Shown here one piece after another: positions 1 to 11,489 of a stretch of 64,000 nt of DNA. Numbering within the stretch: position 1 is the stretch's first letter; each line of letters begins with the position of its first letter. The notes under the pieces are model-generated. The model was not told the origin of the DNA, ran no database searches, and saw nothing but the letters and a program-made list of their open reading frames with translations. The DNA comes from Carcharhinus longimanus (lineage: Eukaryota), in NCBI GenBank assembly GCA_030264375.1, contig JASCQW010000132.1, positions 82,496,217-82,560,216 of the forward strand, written 5' to 3'. The position numbers were made by a program, and so were the translations under genes.

Positions 1-190
1 AAGAGGAAACATTCTTTCCACATCCACCTTGTTGTGATCTTGTATGTTTCAAACAAGTTGTCTCTTACTCTTCTAAACTCTGGCTGATGCAGGGCTAGCC
101 TGGCTAGCCTGTCCAGCCTTTCCTCTTAAAACAACCAACCCATTCCAAGTAGTAGTCCAGTAAACCTTTTCTGAGCTGCTTTCAATGCAT
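1..190 (-). mobile_element. CR1/HER1-like LINE fragment (3' part of ORF2)
   Basis: Reverse complement resembles the CR1 C-terminal region seen in other copies in this window. Confidence 0.6.
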
Positions 191-193
191 GTT

Positions 194-556
194 GGAGGAG
201 GCAATGGCGCAGTGACATTGTCACTGGACTAGTAATGCAGAGACCCAGGGAAATACTCTGGGGATCTGGGTTCGAATGGAAGATGGAATTTGAATTCAGT
301 AAAAACCTGGAATTAGAAACCTAATAATGAGACCACTGTTGATTGTTGTAAAAACCCACCTGATTCACAGATGTCCTTTTAAGGAAGGAAATCTGCCATT
401 CCTACCCAGTCTGGCCTACATGTGACTCCAGACCACAACAATGTGATTGACTCTGAACAGTCCTCCGAAATAGCTGAGTGTATCACTCAGTTCATAGGCA
501 ATTAGGGATGGGTAATAGATGCCAACACCCACAACCCATGAATGAATTTTTAAAAA
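194..556 (+). mobile_element. tRNA-derived SINE (family B here) sharing its 3' tail with the LINE at 38600-40770
   Basis: A-box-like tggcgcagtgac and B-box ggttcgaat; tail ggcaattagggatggg...catgaatgaatttttaaaaa; related copies at 19595, 31960 and 53810. Confidence 0.7.
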
Positions 557-1089
557 CCTATCATTTAACCTAAATTTCCAATTAACTTTTGCTAACCTTT
601 ATTTAAGTTTAAATTATCATTCTTAGAACTATTCTTCTCCCTCAAACTGAAGCAAAATTCAATCATATTATGATCACTGCTACCTTACCATGAGTTCCTT
701 AATTAATCCTGCCTCACTGCATACCCAGGTCTAGTATAGCCTGTTCCCTGTTTCTAGAATGTGCTGATCTGAAAAATTGTCCCAAAAACATTCGATGAAT
801 TTGTCACCTACGCTACCTTTACCCATCTGATTATTTCTGCTTATGTAAGTTAAAATCTTCCATGATAAATAAATTTTTTTTAAGGTGAAGTTTATTAGCT
901 ACAAGTAAGGCTTACATTAATACTGCAATAATACGCCTTATGCAGAACCTAGTTCTACCTATTTTGTTGTTACCTACATGGACCACAACAGGATCCTCCC
1001 CTTCCCACTGCAAGTTCCTCCCTAGCTCTGGGCTGACACCCTGAACCTTAGTACCAGGCAGACAATACAGCTGCCTGAATTCTCATTGT

Positions 1090-1280
1090 GGCAGCATGTG
1101 GCACAGTGGTTAGCACTGCTGCCTCACAGCGCCAGGGACCTGTGTTTGATCCCTGGCTTGGGTCACTGTTTGTGTGGAGTTTGCACATTCTCCCCATGTT
1201 TGTGTGGTTTTTCCTCTGGGTGCTCCAGTTTCCTCCCACAATCCAAGACGTGCTGGTTAGGTGCGTTGGCCATGCTAAAA
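1090..1280 (+). mobile_element. HE1 / V-SINE, 3'-truncated
   Basis: gtggcacagtggttagcactgctgcctcacagcgccagggac head plus V-domain tgtgtggagtttgcacattctcccc. Confidence 0.85.
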
Positions 1281-1769
1281 CGTTTATAAAGGGGATAGGG
1301 GAACATTTGTTTTTGGCTAGTTAAACGTGATAGGGGAACAGACATTGTGTGAGGTGAGACATGGGTAGCAGAGTGTGACCTCACGTTTACAATGGATAGA
1401 ATATGGGAGTTCTGGCAGGAGTGTGTTAGCGTAGTCCATTCTAGAAATAATGAAAGTAGGATTGAGGGTGGATTAGGATTTAGGATGGTAAGGGAGAGAA
1501 CAAAAAATTACCTTTCCAAAGAAAAGTGGAATAACAATAGCAGGGACTGAGAAATATGATGCTGAAGCATAAGGAAGCTGTACTGCTCCATCTGGTGGTA
1601 TTGCTAATCTGTTCGTATGTTAAAAATAATTTGTTATTCAGTTTTAAAATAGAAAATTCTGATAGTGATAGCTATAGACATGATGAGGAATTGTGACATT
1701 TTAATGTTGCAAATCCTGTTTCAAAAAAAAAGTTGCTTATCTTCAGAGAGTATCAGACACGTACATAAA

Positions 1770-3295
1770 ATTTAATATTGATGAGGGCATGGCTGGGAGA
1801 GAAAATGTCTATTTTCCTTTTGCACAACTTTTGTTCCTAATTGGGAGAATTTCATGATGTTCAGCTGCCTCATTCTGTATGCAGAAGGTGGGGCAGTGAT
1901 TGTTCACCATTGCTTTGCTTTGGCAGGAAGTAAAGAAAAGCAGTCTGCTGTTTAAATGGAGAAAGATTGTAGAACCCACTGGTACAGGGGAAACTGGGTG
2001 CCCTGGTACATAAATCATATAAAGTTAGTATGCAGGTACAGCAAATGATTAAGATGACAAATGGATTGTTGGTGTACATTGCAAGAGGAATGGAATGTAA
2101 AAGTAGCCAAGTTTTATCATATTTGTACAGGATCATAGTGAGATCACACTTGGTGCAGGTTTTGTCTCCTTACATGTCTCTGGGGTGGCACAGTGGTTAG
2201 CACTGCTGCTTCACAGTGCCAGGGATCTGGCTTGGAACCTTGTCTGTATGGAGTTTGCACATTCTTCCCATGTCTGCGTGGGTTTCCTCTGGGTGCTCTG
2301 GTTTCCTCCCACATTCCAAAGATGTGTGGGTTAGGTGGATTGGCCATGCTACATTGCTCCTTAGTGTCAGGGGGACTAGCTAGTGTAAATGCATGGGGTT
2401 ATGAAGGTAGGACCTGGGTGGGATTGTGGTTGGTGCAGACTTGATGGGCCAAATGGCCGCCTCCTGCACTGTAGGGATCCTATGATTCTATGATTTTAAA
2501 AATCAATGGTCTAGAAGCTATTCAGGAGAGCTTAACTAAGAGTCAGTTACTAGGGGGCACAGGTTTAAGGTGCAAGGTTTAAAGGAGACGTACGAGACAT
2601 TTTTTACACACAGTAGTGGGTGCCTGGAACCCGTTGCCGGGGGAAGTCGTAGAAGTGGATACGGTAGTAAGTTTTTTAAGAGGCGTCTTGACAAGTACAT
2701 GAATAGGTTGGGAATAGATGGATGTGGTCCCTGGAAAGGAAGGGATTTTAGTTAAGTTGGGCAGCATTGTTGGTGCAGGCATGGAGGGCCAAAGGGCCTG
2801 TTCCTGTGCTGTAATTTTCTTTGTTCTAGACTTGTTCCTGGAATGAAGAGGTTGTCTTACGAAAAGTTCACATCTATATCCTTTGGAGTTTAGAAGAATG
2901 AGAGGTGATTTTACTGAAACATGTTGGCCAGAATTTTACTGGCCCCCCCCCCCCCTCTATGGGAATTGGAGAGGGCAAGGAGCAGACCGTGGATGGATCT
3001 GTTGACTTCTGGTGAGATCTTGTGGTTTCAAGATGAGTGAGGCCATAAAGTCCTACCCACAAGAATCTGAGGAAGGTGGGTGGGGGAGGGATGGCAGGCT
3101 ACTGGGAGGGTGTTTCCTTTTGTGGGGGGAAGAGTAAAATTCTGTTTTTTCCTGCCAAAAGGATTGTGGGTGTGTGGAATTCTCTTCCTCAAAGTATTGG
3201 AGGATGGGTCTTTGAATTTATAGCCAAATCAGTCATGATCCTATTGAATGGTGGAACAGGTGGGCTAAATGGCCTCCTGCTCCTATCTTCTGAGC
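1770..3295 (+). mobile_element. Old CR1/HER1-like LINE 3' half, interrupted by HE1 (2182-2495), a younger CR1 3' end (2540-2826) and a MITE-like element (2926-3058)
   Basis: Colinear with the CR1 fragment at 7395-8160; ends in ...aatggcctcctgctcctat tail. Confidence 0.7.
2182..2495 (+). mobile_element. HE1 SINE, full length, CR1/HER1-type tail
   Basis: tRNA head, V-domain, tail gggccaaatggcc...ctgtagggatcctatgattctatgatt. Confidence 0.88.
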
Positions 3296-3642
3296 GGTAC
3301 AGGCTGTACAACTGAGTAAACACATCAAACTTATCTCAAGATTGCGGAAAGTGTAATGGGCAAAATAATGAATATGAGCTTCAATTATTACCATTAATTG
3401 GTTGGAACCTACCTAATTTTTGTAGAACTTTATAGGATGTCTGTTTTCACCATCACATTCTCTCAATTCTTATCAGTCTGATTTCAGTGCAAGCAATTAG
3501 CTCATTGATAAGATCTTTCTGGAAGTTGTCTTCTGCTCCATCTTACAATGCTGCTTAAAAGCAGTTTTTAGCAAAGGACAGCAGGTGTTACATGAAGTAT
3601 TTTATGTGTGAAGTTAGGAAATGGAAAAACAGGAGAGGAATA

Positions 3643-3897
3643 GCAGCACAGCGGCATAATGGTTAGCACTGCCTCGCAGCGCTAGAGACGTGGGTTCGAT
3701 TCCTGGCTTGGGCCACTGTCTGTACTGAGTCTGCACATTCTGCCCATGTCCCTGTGGGTTTCCTCCCACAGTCTGAAAGACGTGCTGGTTTGTGCATTGG
3801 CCATGCTAAATTCTCCCTCGGTGCACAACAGGTGCTGGGGTGTGGCAGCTACATTGCAGTGTTAACATAAGCCTACCTCTGACAACAAACTTAAACT
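3643..3897 (+). mobile_element. HE1-like V-SINE with alternative (type-2) tail
   Basis: Same head and V-domain; tail cattgcagtgttaacataagcctac...aaacttaaact. Confidence 0.8.
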
Positions 3898-4565
3898 GAA
3901 TTATAGCAAGTTTAAATAGTAAGTAAAACTTCTGAATTTGTATTGTTTTAATGAGTTTATTCTTTGCCCTCTGCCAGTGAAACATTGCTTCATGTTAGCT
4001 CAGATGGTCTGCAGCACATCTGTGTGAGATTTACAAATTTTAAAAACAAATAAACCCCACTTAAGAAAATAAATGCTTTTCAACTATAGAAGATATCTAG
4101 TGAGCAGTATTAATGTTTGACCACTGGATGTCACTTCTGCACTGAAAAGAAGGTTAACCAGCCACAAATCATGGTTATTGTGTTGGCAAGGATAAGATGG
4201 AGTTCTTGCAGAGAGCTGGAAAGGTAGATTCTACATTAAAGAGCAAGATCTGGAGAATAGTTACCTTAATAATTATTCCAGGTATCATTTGTGCCGAGCA
4301 GGTTAAGCAAATCAATTACTGATTAAAGTGATGTGGAAGGGAGATTTTCAGATTCCATCAAGAACATTGGGAGAAATTTTAGAGCTATATAGATGAGATG
4401 GGGTGGTCTTTATCTGAATTCAAAAGTATCAGTTTGGAGAGCATAAATAATGTAGTGCGACAGGATTGAAACGAGAGAGGAGGACCAGCAGACAGAGGAA
4501 AAATACAACAATTGAAGTCGACATGATGGTGAACCTGGATGTGAGGTACAAAGTAAGATGATCAA

Positions 4566-4872
4566 GGGTGGCATGGTGGCACAGTGGTTAGCACCGCTAC
4601 CTCACAGCGCCAGGAACCTAGGTTCAATTCCCGGCTTGGGCCACTGTCTGTGTGGAATCTGCACTTTCTCCCTGTGTCTGAGTGGGGTTCCTTCAGATTC
4701 CTCCCACAGTCCAAAACACATGTTGGTTAGGTGCATTGGCCATGTTAACTTCTCGCTTGGTGTACCTGAACAGATGCTGGAGTGTGGTGACTAGGGGAAT
4801 TTCGCAGTAACTTCATTGCAGCGTTAATGCAAGTCTACTTATGACACTAATAAATAAACTTTAAAACTTTAA
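4566..4872 (+). mobile_element. HE1-like V-SINE with alternative (type-2) tail, full length
   Basis: Head and V-domain, then ...gactaggggaatttcgcagtaacttcattgcagcgttaatgcaagtctacttatgacactaataaataaactttaaaac. Confidence 0.85.
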
Positions 4873-5260
4873 ATTCAGATGCTGATAAATGTGCACAAGG
4901 AGAGAATGTCAAATTAACATCGCTAAATCAATGTCTAGGAAATAATTGGTGCCTGGAAATTATATTTATTTAAGATAGAAGACTTCATTTCAAAGTGGGA
5001 GTTGTGGTGTTCTTCCTGGAGCAGAGAAGCTGTGATATCACTGACAAATTTGGTTCAGTGGTGCTGGTTGAATAAATGAAGAAGGATATAAATCATTTCA
5101 TAGTAGAAATGACAGACTGCCTTTAATATCGAAAAGGACTGGGGCCCATTGGGATAGTGTGTGCATAGTGTGAAAACCCTTTGCATGAGGGGAAACTCTT
5201 GTGTACCTGCTGCAGAAATAGATTTTACTTTTAATTTTTTCACTAAACTTTACTTATCCC

Positions 5261-5557
5261 GCATGGTGGCACAGTGATGAGCACTGCTGCTTCACAATGC
5301 CAGGAACCCAGGTTCGGTTCCTGGCTTGGGTGACTATTTACGTGTAGTTTGTACATTCTCTCCATGTCTGCGTGGGTTTCCTCCCACAGATCAAAGAGAT
5401 ACGGGTTGGGTGGATTGGCTGTGTTAAATTCATGTTGGGGGGGGGTGGGATTAGCAGGGTAAATATCTGGTGTTAAGGGGGTAAGGTCTGGGTGGAATTG
5501 TGGGTCAGTGCAGACTCAATGGGCTGAATGGCCACCTCCTGCACTGTAGGGATTATA
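5261..5557 (+). mobile_element. HE1 SINE, CR1-type tail
   Basis: Head, V-domain and tail aatggccacctcctgcactgtagggatt. Confidence 0.82.
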
Positions 5558-5669
5558 TCTTCCTAGCTGATGTCTGATGAAACTTTGTGCATGAGTTGTT
5601 TATTTATTGGACATCCAACAATGGGTAGTTACTCCATTTTGATTGTTCTACCCCATGGCTTTTCTTCAG

Positions 5670-6061
5670 GGAAGAAGATTTCTGGCCAGTTTGATAAATG
5701 ACAAAATAATTCGGGTCAGTCATCGAGATACAGCTGAGGATGGAGCCCTTCTCGTTGATGCACAAAGTGATGCTCTGGATGTTGCTCAAGAAGTTACTGA
5801 AAAGGGGTTTGCTGAAAAGTGCAAGGCAACTTCTACCCACAACTATGAAGGAATAAAGAATAATCCAAATTCTGCCCCACTAATTCCTGGTAGGAATGCA
5901 GAGGGGTTTCAGAGACTCAATAATGGTTCACAGAGAGTGAAGAGTATGCTGGATTCAACAAATGAGCAGCTGGGAAATGACGTAAAGAGTCGAGTGGACA
6001 CTGTAGAACATAAAAATAGGGATCTAAAGATGGATCGGGAAAACTCCCTTGTGTGCGCCTT
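5670..6061 (+). CDS. STK31: STK31 exon: C-terminal half of extended Tudor/SN-like fold plus linker (GRRFLASLINDKIIRV...DVAQEVTEKGFAEKC...)
   Basis: Acceptor tttcttcag|, donor |gtgagt; 392 nt, phase 0 to 2; lies in ORF 5643-6065; resembles recalled STK31 FLGSLIFEKEI...EVLKKGFAE. Confidence 0.9.
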
Positions 6062-6099
6062 GTGAGTACAAGATTCTTTATACAGTGCTGTTTTACTCA

Positions 6100-6321
6100 A
6101 CTATTTATGCTCTTTATTAATGACTTGAATGAAGAGTCTGAGTGTATGGGAGCTTAAGTTTGCTGATAACATGTAGACAGGCAAGTGAGTTTTGAAGCGG
6201 ATGCAAAGGGGTATAAATCGGTTATGTTAGTGGACAAAGATTTGGCAGATGGAGTATAATGTGGGAAAATGTGAGGTAGTACACTTGGCAGAAAGGATAG
6301 GGAAGCAGAATATTTATTTGA
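6100..6321 (+). mobile_element. CR1 RT fragment running into an assembly gap
   Basis: Encodes WQMEYNVGKCEVVH, typical of CR1 RT. Confidence 0.75.
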
Positions 6322-7112
6322 NNNNNNNNNNNNNNNNNNNNNNNNNNNNNNNNNNNNNNNNNNNNNNNNNNNNNNNNNNNNNNNNNNNNNNNNNNNNNNN
6401 NNNNNNNNNNNNNNNNNNNNNAATTAGAATTAGATTACGTTGTTTGTGAGAAAGCAATGTGCCTGTTCCTGTAATTACAGCCAGAAACACTCAGCCAAGT
6501 AAATATTCGGCAAAAAGCATTTATCAAATAGAAGTAACATTCACAAACTGAATATGATTGTTCATTACTAAAGCATTAATTAAAATATATCTAACAAATT
6601 AAAATACTCTATATTATCTTTGCCACATCAAATCATTAATAACTGCTTCTTAAAGTGTGTTGTGTGTGGTACACAGTGTGGGATTAGTGAAACAGTCCAT
6701 TTGTCTGAGTCAGATTATACTGTCTTCGCTTTGTTACAAACAACTGACCAATAATCTAGCAGAGTACTGGGATGGAAGAAATAGAGAGTGAGCAGCGATC
6801 GTATTTACCTCTTTTGTGAATGATTATACTTCAGTCTTCTATTGCTACCTCCGTACATTTAATCATTGCTGATGTAAATACACTTAGCTCAGGCTTTTTG
6901 TGAAATCCTCCTCTGCTACTCAGAGCTTTTAGAAAGCATTAACTGAGCACCTTTTATCCATTCATCTCCGGCAACCATCACAACAAGTGAATCCCAACTA
7001 AGTTCAAAACCCAAACATGCTTAGTTTTGGATTTCAGATGTCTCTAGAGTAGGTTTAAACAAGTTTTTGGGTAAAAAGTGTGCATAAATATTAAATACCG
7101 TTTTCGATTATT

Positions 7113-7393
7113 TAAAATTTAAGGTTTATTTGCTATTGTCAAAAGTAGCCTTACATTAACACTGCAATTAAGTTATTGTGAAAATCCCCTAGTCACTATA
7201 CTTGAGTACACTGAGGGAGAATTTTGCATGACCAATGCAGCGAACCAGCATGCCTTTCGGACTGTGGGAGTAAACCGGAGCACCCAGAGGAAACCCACGC
7301 AGACATGGGGAGAAGGTGCAAACTCCGCACAGATAATGACCCAAGCTGGGAATCGAACCCAGGTCCTTGGGCGCTGAGAAGCAGCAGTGCCAC
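7113..7393 (-). mobile_element. HE1-like V-SINE with type-2 tail
   Basis: Reverse complement of the 4566-4872 type. Confidence 0.83.
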
Positions 7394-7394
7394 C

Positions 7395-8160
7395 TGCAGG
7401 AATGTAGGAAAATGTGAAGTTGGTAGGAAGAGTAAAAGAGCTGAATAATGTTTAAATGGAAAGAGACTGCAGAAAGCTGCAGCACAGAGGGATTTGGGCT
7501 CCTTGTGCATAAATCACAAAAAGCTAGCATGCAAGTTCAGCAGGTAATAGGGAAGGCAAATAGAATGTTGGCTGTTATTTCAAAGGGAATGGAATATGAA
7601 AATAGAGAGGTATTACTTAATACTATACGTGGCATTAGTTAGACCACACCTGGAATACAGTGAACAGTTTTGGTTCCCTTATCTAAGGGAAGATATAATG
7701 CCATTGGAGGCAGCCCAAAGAATGTTCAAGTTGATCCCAGATATGGTGGGCTTCTCTTATGAGGAGATATCAAATAGTTTGGGCCGGTACGCACTGGAGT
7801 TTAGAAGATTGAGAGGTGACTTTATTGAAACCAGGAGGACTTGACAGGATGGATCTTGGGAGTGTGTTGCCCCTTGTGCTCCCTTGTTCTTGACTCCCCC
7901 ACAGATTAGAGATAAAGGGTCTTCGCTGATGGAAATGAGGAGAAATGTTTTTGAGGGTTTTGAGACTTTGGAATTCTGTTCCTTAACAAGCAGTGGAGAT
8001 GGGTCACTTAATTTATTCAGTGCTGAGTTAAACAAATTTTAGATCGACCAGGGAATCAAGACAGAAAGGGTAGTTACGGTCACCATCAGATTACCCATGA
8101 TTTTATTGAATGGCAGAGCAGGCTTGTGGGGTCAAATGACCATCTCTTCCTGTTATGGCC
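7395..8160 (+). mobile_element. CR1/HER1-like LINE 3' fragment
   Basis: Frameshifted LYVALVRPHLEYSEQFW...LEFRRLRGDFIET; CR1 tail. Confidence 0.82.
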
Positions 8161-8454
8161 AGTAATCTGCACTGAAGTGATTAAATTGTGCCATTTACTT
8201 GAACGTTACAGAATTTCTAAATGACAACTTGTGCTGGGCCAATACCTATGACAGAAAAATTATGATTGTCTGGTCTTTAATTAATAGCCTTGCTAATAAG
8301 ATTGAAGGCCACATGATGATTCAGAGACGTTTAAATGACAACCTAATGGTTAGAAGTGGGAGTAACAAGAATAAAGGAATTAAAACGCCCTATCCCACAA
8401 GTTACCAACATAGTCCCACCAGATTTTTTAAATTCATTTATGTTGTGTGAGCAT

Positions 8455-8725
8455 CACTGGCAAGTTCAACATTATTTGTCTTTAATGTGTTGAGCCACCT
8501 CCTCAAACTACTGCAGCTGGTGTGGTGTAACTGTACCCACAATGGTAGTAAGTAGAAAGTTCCAGGATTTTGCAACAGTGATTTTTGACCCAGCAATGAT
8601 GAGAAATGGCGGTATTTTTCTAAGTTAGAATGGTATATAACTTGGAGGGGAACTTGCAGGTGCTGGACTTGTTCCCATGCATCTGCTTCCCTTGTTCTTG
8701 GTAGAAATTGTGGATTTGGGAAACT
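8455..8725 (-). mobile_element. 3' end of second CR1-group LINE (family B)
   Basis: Reverse complement matches 63560-63830 and 40560-40770. Confidence 0.75.
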
Positions 8726-9039
8726 TAGTGCAGAATCCATTGCTTGGAGTGGACAGAGTTCCAGGCCATGTCAACTCCTTTTTGAGATCCTCCTTGCATA
8801 AAAAAGTAATAGCAGATTTTTAGCATTTTAATTGCCATCTTCTTTGCTTCCAAAGAAGTTGGGCAAATATCTTTTTGTTTGTTGAGTATGTGCAAAAATT
8901 GGTTTAAGAATGCTTGTTTTTTATAGCGTGTTTGAACAAGTTGCAACAAATTTTGAAAGTTTTAGTGCATATGTAATGAATGGATAAGGCAGAGAAATGT
9001 AAAACTATTTCAGTAATTATTTTAAATCTCTCTTTTGAG

Positions 9040-9220
9040 GGAGAGAAAAACATCATCAATTCAGTGTCGTTCAGGGCAGAAACTCAACATGATCAAGATG
9101 CAGCATGATCAAAGATTACTGGAAGATCAAAATGAAAAATTGAGAACAAAAAATAGTAAATATCTCCAAAATTGCCATTTACTGGAAGGGCAACTAAAAC
9201 AGCAGCAACATGAATTGAAG
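9040..9220 (+). CDS. STK31: STK31 exon: coiled-coil (ERKTSSIQ...QHDQRLLEDQNEKLRTKN...QQQHELK)
   Basis: Donor aag|gtaagc; phase-compatible acceptor ctctcttttgag| (GAG); 181 nt, phase 2 to 0; 5' boundary less certain. Confidence 0.82.
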
Positions 9221-9940
9221 GTAAGCTGTTATTAATCAGATATGATCCCTTTGAGACTTCCTTAAATTTGTTGTAAAAGTTTTCACTTTTTAGTATTTTT
9301 AAGGAAGTTTCCATTATAGGTTTTTCAGGTTTGAAGTTGGCTCTAAGAATGATGGGGTTCAGCTTTCAGGTAGCTGCTGCAACTTAAACAAAATGCTAAT
9401 GCTTTGGCTCTAGTGTTATCTGTTACTGTATAATTTTAAGGATGTATAACAATGAACTGGCCTGATGTGTTTCCCATAAAAAGGAAAAGACTTGATGCAG
9501 GAATGTAAAAAAACAAAATCTACAAAGCACTACAGGATGTCTAAGAAAAGACAAGTTACTGTTCCTAATAGCGAGGGAATTGAGAAAAGAAGGCAAGAGA
9601 GGCTCTTTGCTAGTGTTGAGGAATAAATATGTATGGTTATAATTTACTCCTACCCAATGGGGTTTATGACATTGAATGCCAGCTGTTAATGATTTAAGCA
9701 TTCGGTTATTAAGTGTACACTTAACAGCATACTCAGCTGGAGAAATCAAATGCATTACAGGTCCAATCTTGCTGTATAGGTTAATCAGATCTTAATCAAA
9801 TTCTGAAGTATCTGTTCCAACAGTTGCTTTTTATACCTTTTACACAACAGTTCATGTTTCACATTCAGTATCATTCCATCCTGATTTGATTATGCCTGTC
9901 CTTGCAACTTCATAATTCCCTCTACTTGTCTTATTCTCTT

Positions 9941-11480
9941 GGGCTAAAAATTCGGTAAGGTTGGTTTGTGGATGCAGAGATGGAGTTGCACAGTTTCTTG
10001 CACCCGATTTTAAGACTACCTGCTTATTGTTATTGGTGTGCAGCCTAGGACTAAGTCTGCTACTGACTGGCTGTATGTGGTGGCCCAGGTGTATGCCTGG
10101 TTAGCACAAGTTAAAGCCAGCCTGCACTTCTAAAAGGGGAAGAGGTATCTTCTGGCTGCAGCTGGTGGTGAGGCTGCCTTTAACAGTGTTTTTCACAAGA
10201 GAGAAAGAAAATTGATGGAATAGAAGGCCAGTGAGATGGCACGTAACTTCGCTCATGCAGCCTTGAAGGTTCTTTGTCCAGAAGATGGCGAGGAGGAGAT
10301 GCATGATTTTTCTGCTGGGAGCCAAGAAGACACTCATTTTGGAGAGAATGAAAATGGGTAGACATGGATGTCAAGTCAGGGAGTTGATCCTGAGGCCCTG
10401 GCTGCAGTGCTGCAAAGTGTTCACTGACCTCTCTCATCCGCAAAGTCGGCGAATGCATAATTAAATGTCATCACCTACCAACTGATCTAGCAACCTTCCA
10501 CACACCACATCTTGCCCATCAGCAATCTTTAGCATAATGTTCTTGTGCTCCACTTCTTTTGCACTGCTCACCCTTCTGCAAACCTCACCCATCCTAACTC
10601 TTAAATACATCCAGCTATTCCATTTTGACAGGGTCATTACCCAAAGACATGCAACACACTGTCTTTTTTTTCTCTCTGTTGCAGGGTGCAGTGGCATACA
10701 GCAGAAGAGAACAGTAGAGACTGTCAGGAAATATGCACATAGTTGCATCTCCTGAACTTATTGGAGGAGATGGTGCTACAGATGAATATTATGCAGCAGC
10801 CTCATACAGTGCACAACAGTGTCTGAGGCTTCTGCACGTGGTGTCACTGGGAACACCCAGGCTAACTATGTTACTGACTTGTGAATGTTCTCAGATTCCA
10901 CTTCACCCATATCCCGTTATCCAGCATGAAGTGCAAGCTGCTGAAAGTGTGACTGTGGAACCCCTGCTTTCCACTAAATGCAGCCCTTTCCCTTCTGCAT
11001 TTGTACTTTTAGATATTCAAGTGTTACCACCTGTCAGGCAAACAAAACTTCACAATGAAGGGCCTGAGCAAGAACGGATGTCTGTGTGGAGCACTGTCAC
11101 TTGATCTAGAACCTAGCTCCAACTCATTATTAGTCTTCATGCAGAGCTTGGAGACCATCATTTCCTGTGTGAGAGCGATGGTCAGTTTCTTGTGAGTCTT
11201 TATGGATACAAGTGATAGTGTTGAGTGGTCGCTGTCTCATGTTCCATTGCAACTCAGACAGAAGCCACCCAGTGCCCAATTTCTGCACTGGAAGCTCAGG
11301 TGGAGGTCATGAGATCAATGATTAGTGCTATGCAATCTCACCTTGTTGGATGCAGGCATAGACTGCTGTCTTCGTAGCTGCAGATGTCATTGCTCAAAGG
11401 CTCTTGTGGAAGACAGCAATCCGTCCTCTAAAAGGCTGAACAGCCATTCCTGAGGATATTGTGCTGGCCTGTAGCCATGG
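9941..11480 (+). mobile_element. Decayed PIF/Harbinger DNA transposon: Myb/SANT (NAIF1-like) gene remnant
   Basis: 10236-10431 reads, with frameshifts, MARNFAHAALKVL...RRR...RPWLQCCKVFTDL; strong acceptor ends at 10684; TIR-like gggctaaaaattcgg at 9941. Confidence 0.55.
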
Positions 11481-11489
11481 GATAGACAG

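Noticed and set aside
1048-1384. Recurring 60-110 aa ORFs such as MVSTAASQ... and WLALLPHSAR... (also near 2193, 4558, 7189, 43076)
   Set aside because: Translations of HE1 SINE copies, not a peptide gene family.
1-5669. Expected upstream Tudor-core exon (YIDYGN-like)
   Set aside because: Not found by eye; the region is repeat-derived, so the exon is probably upstream of the window.
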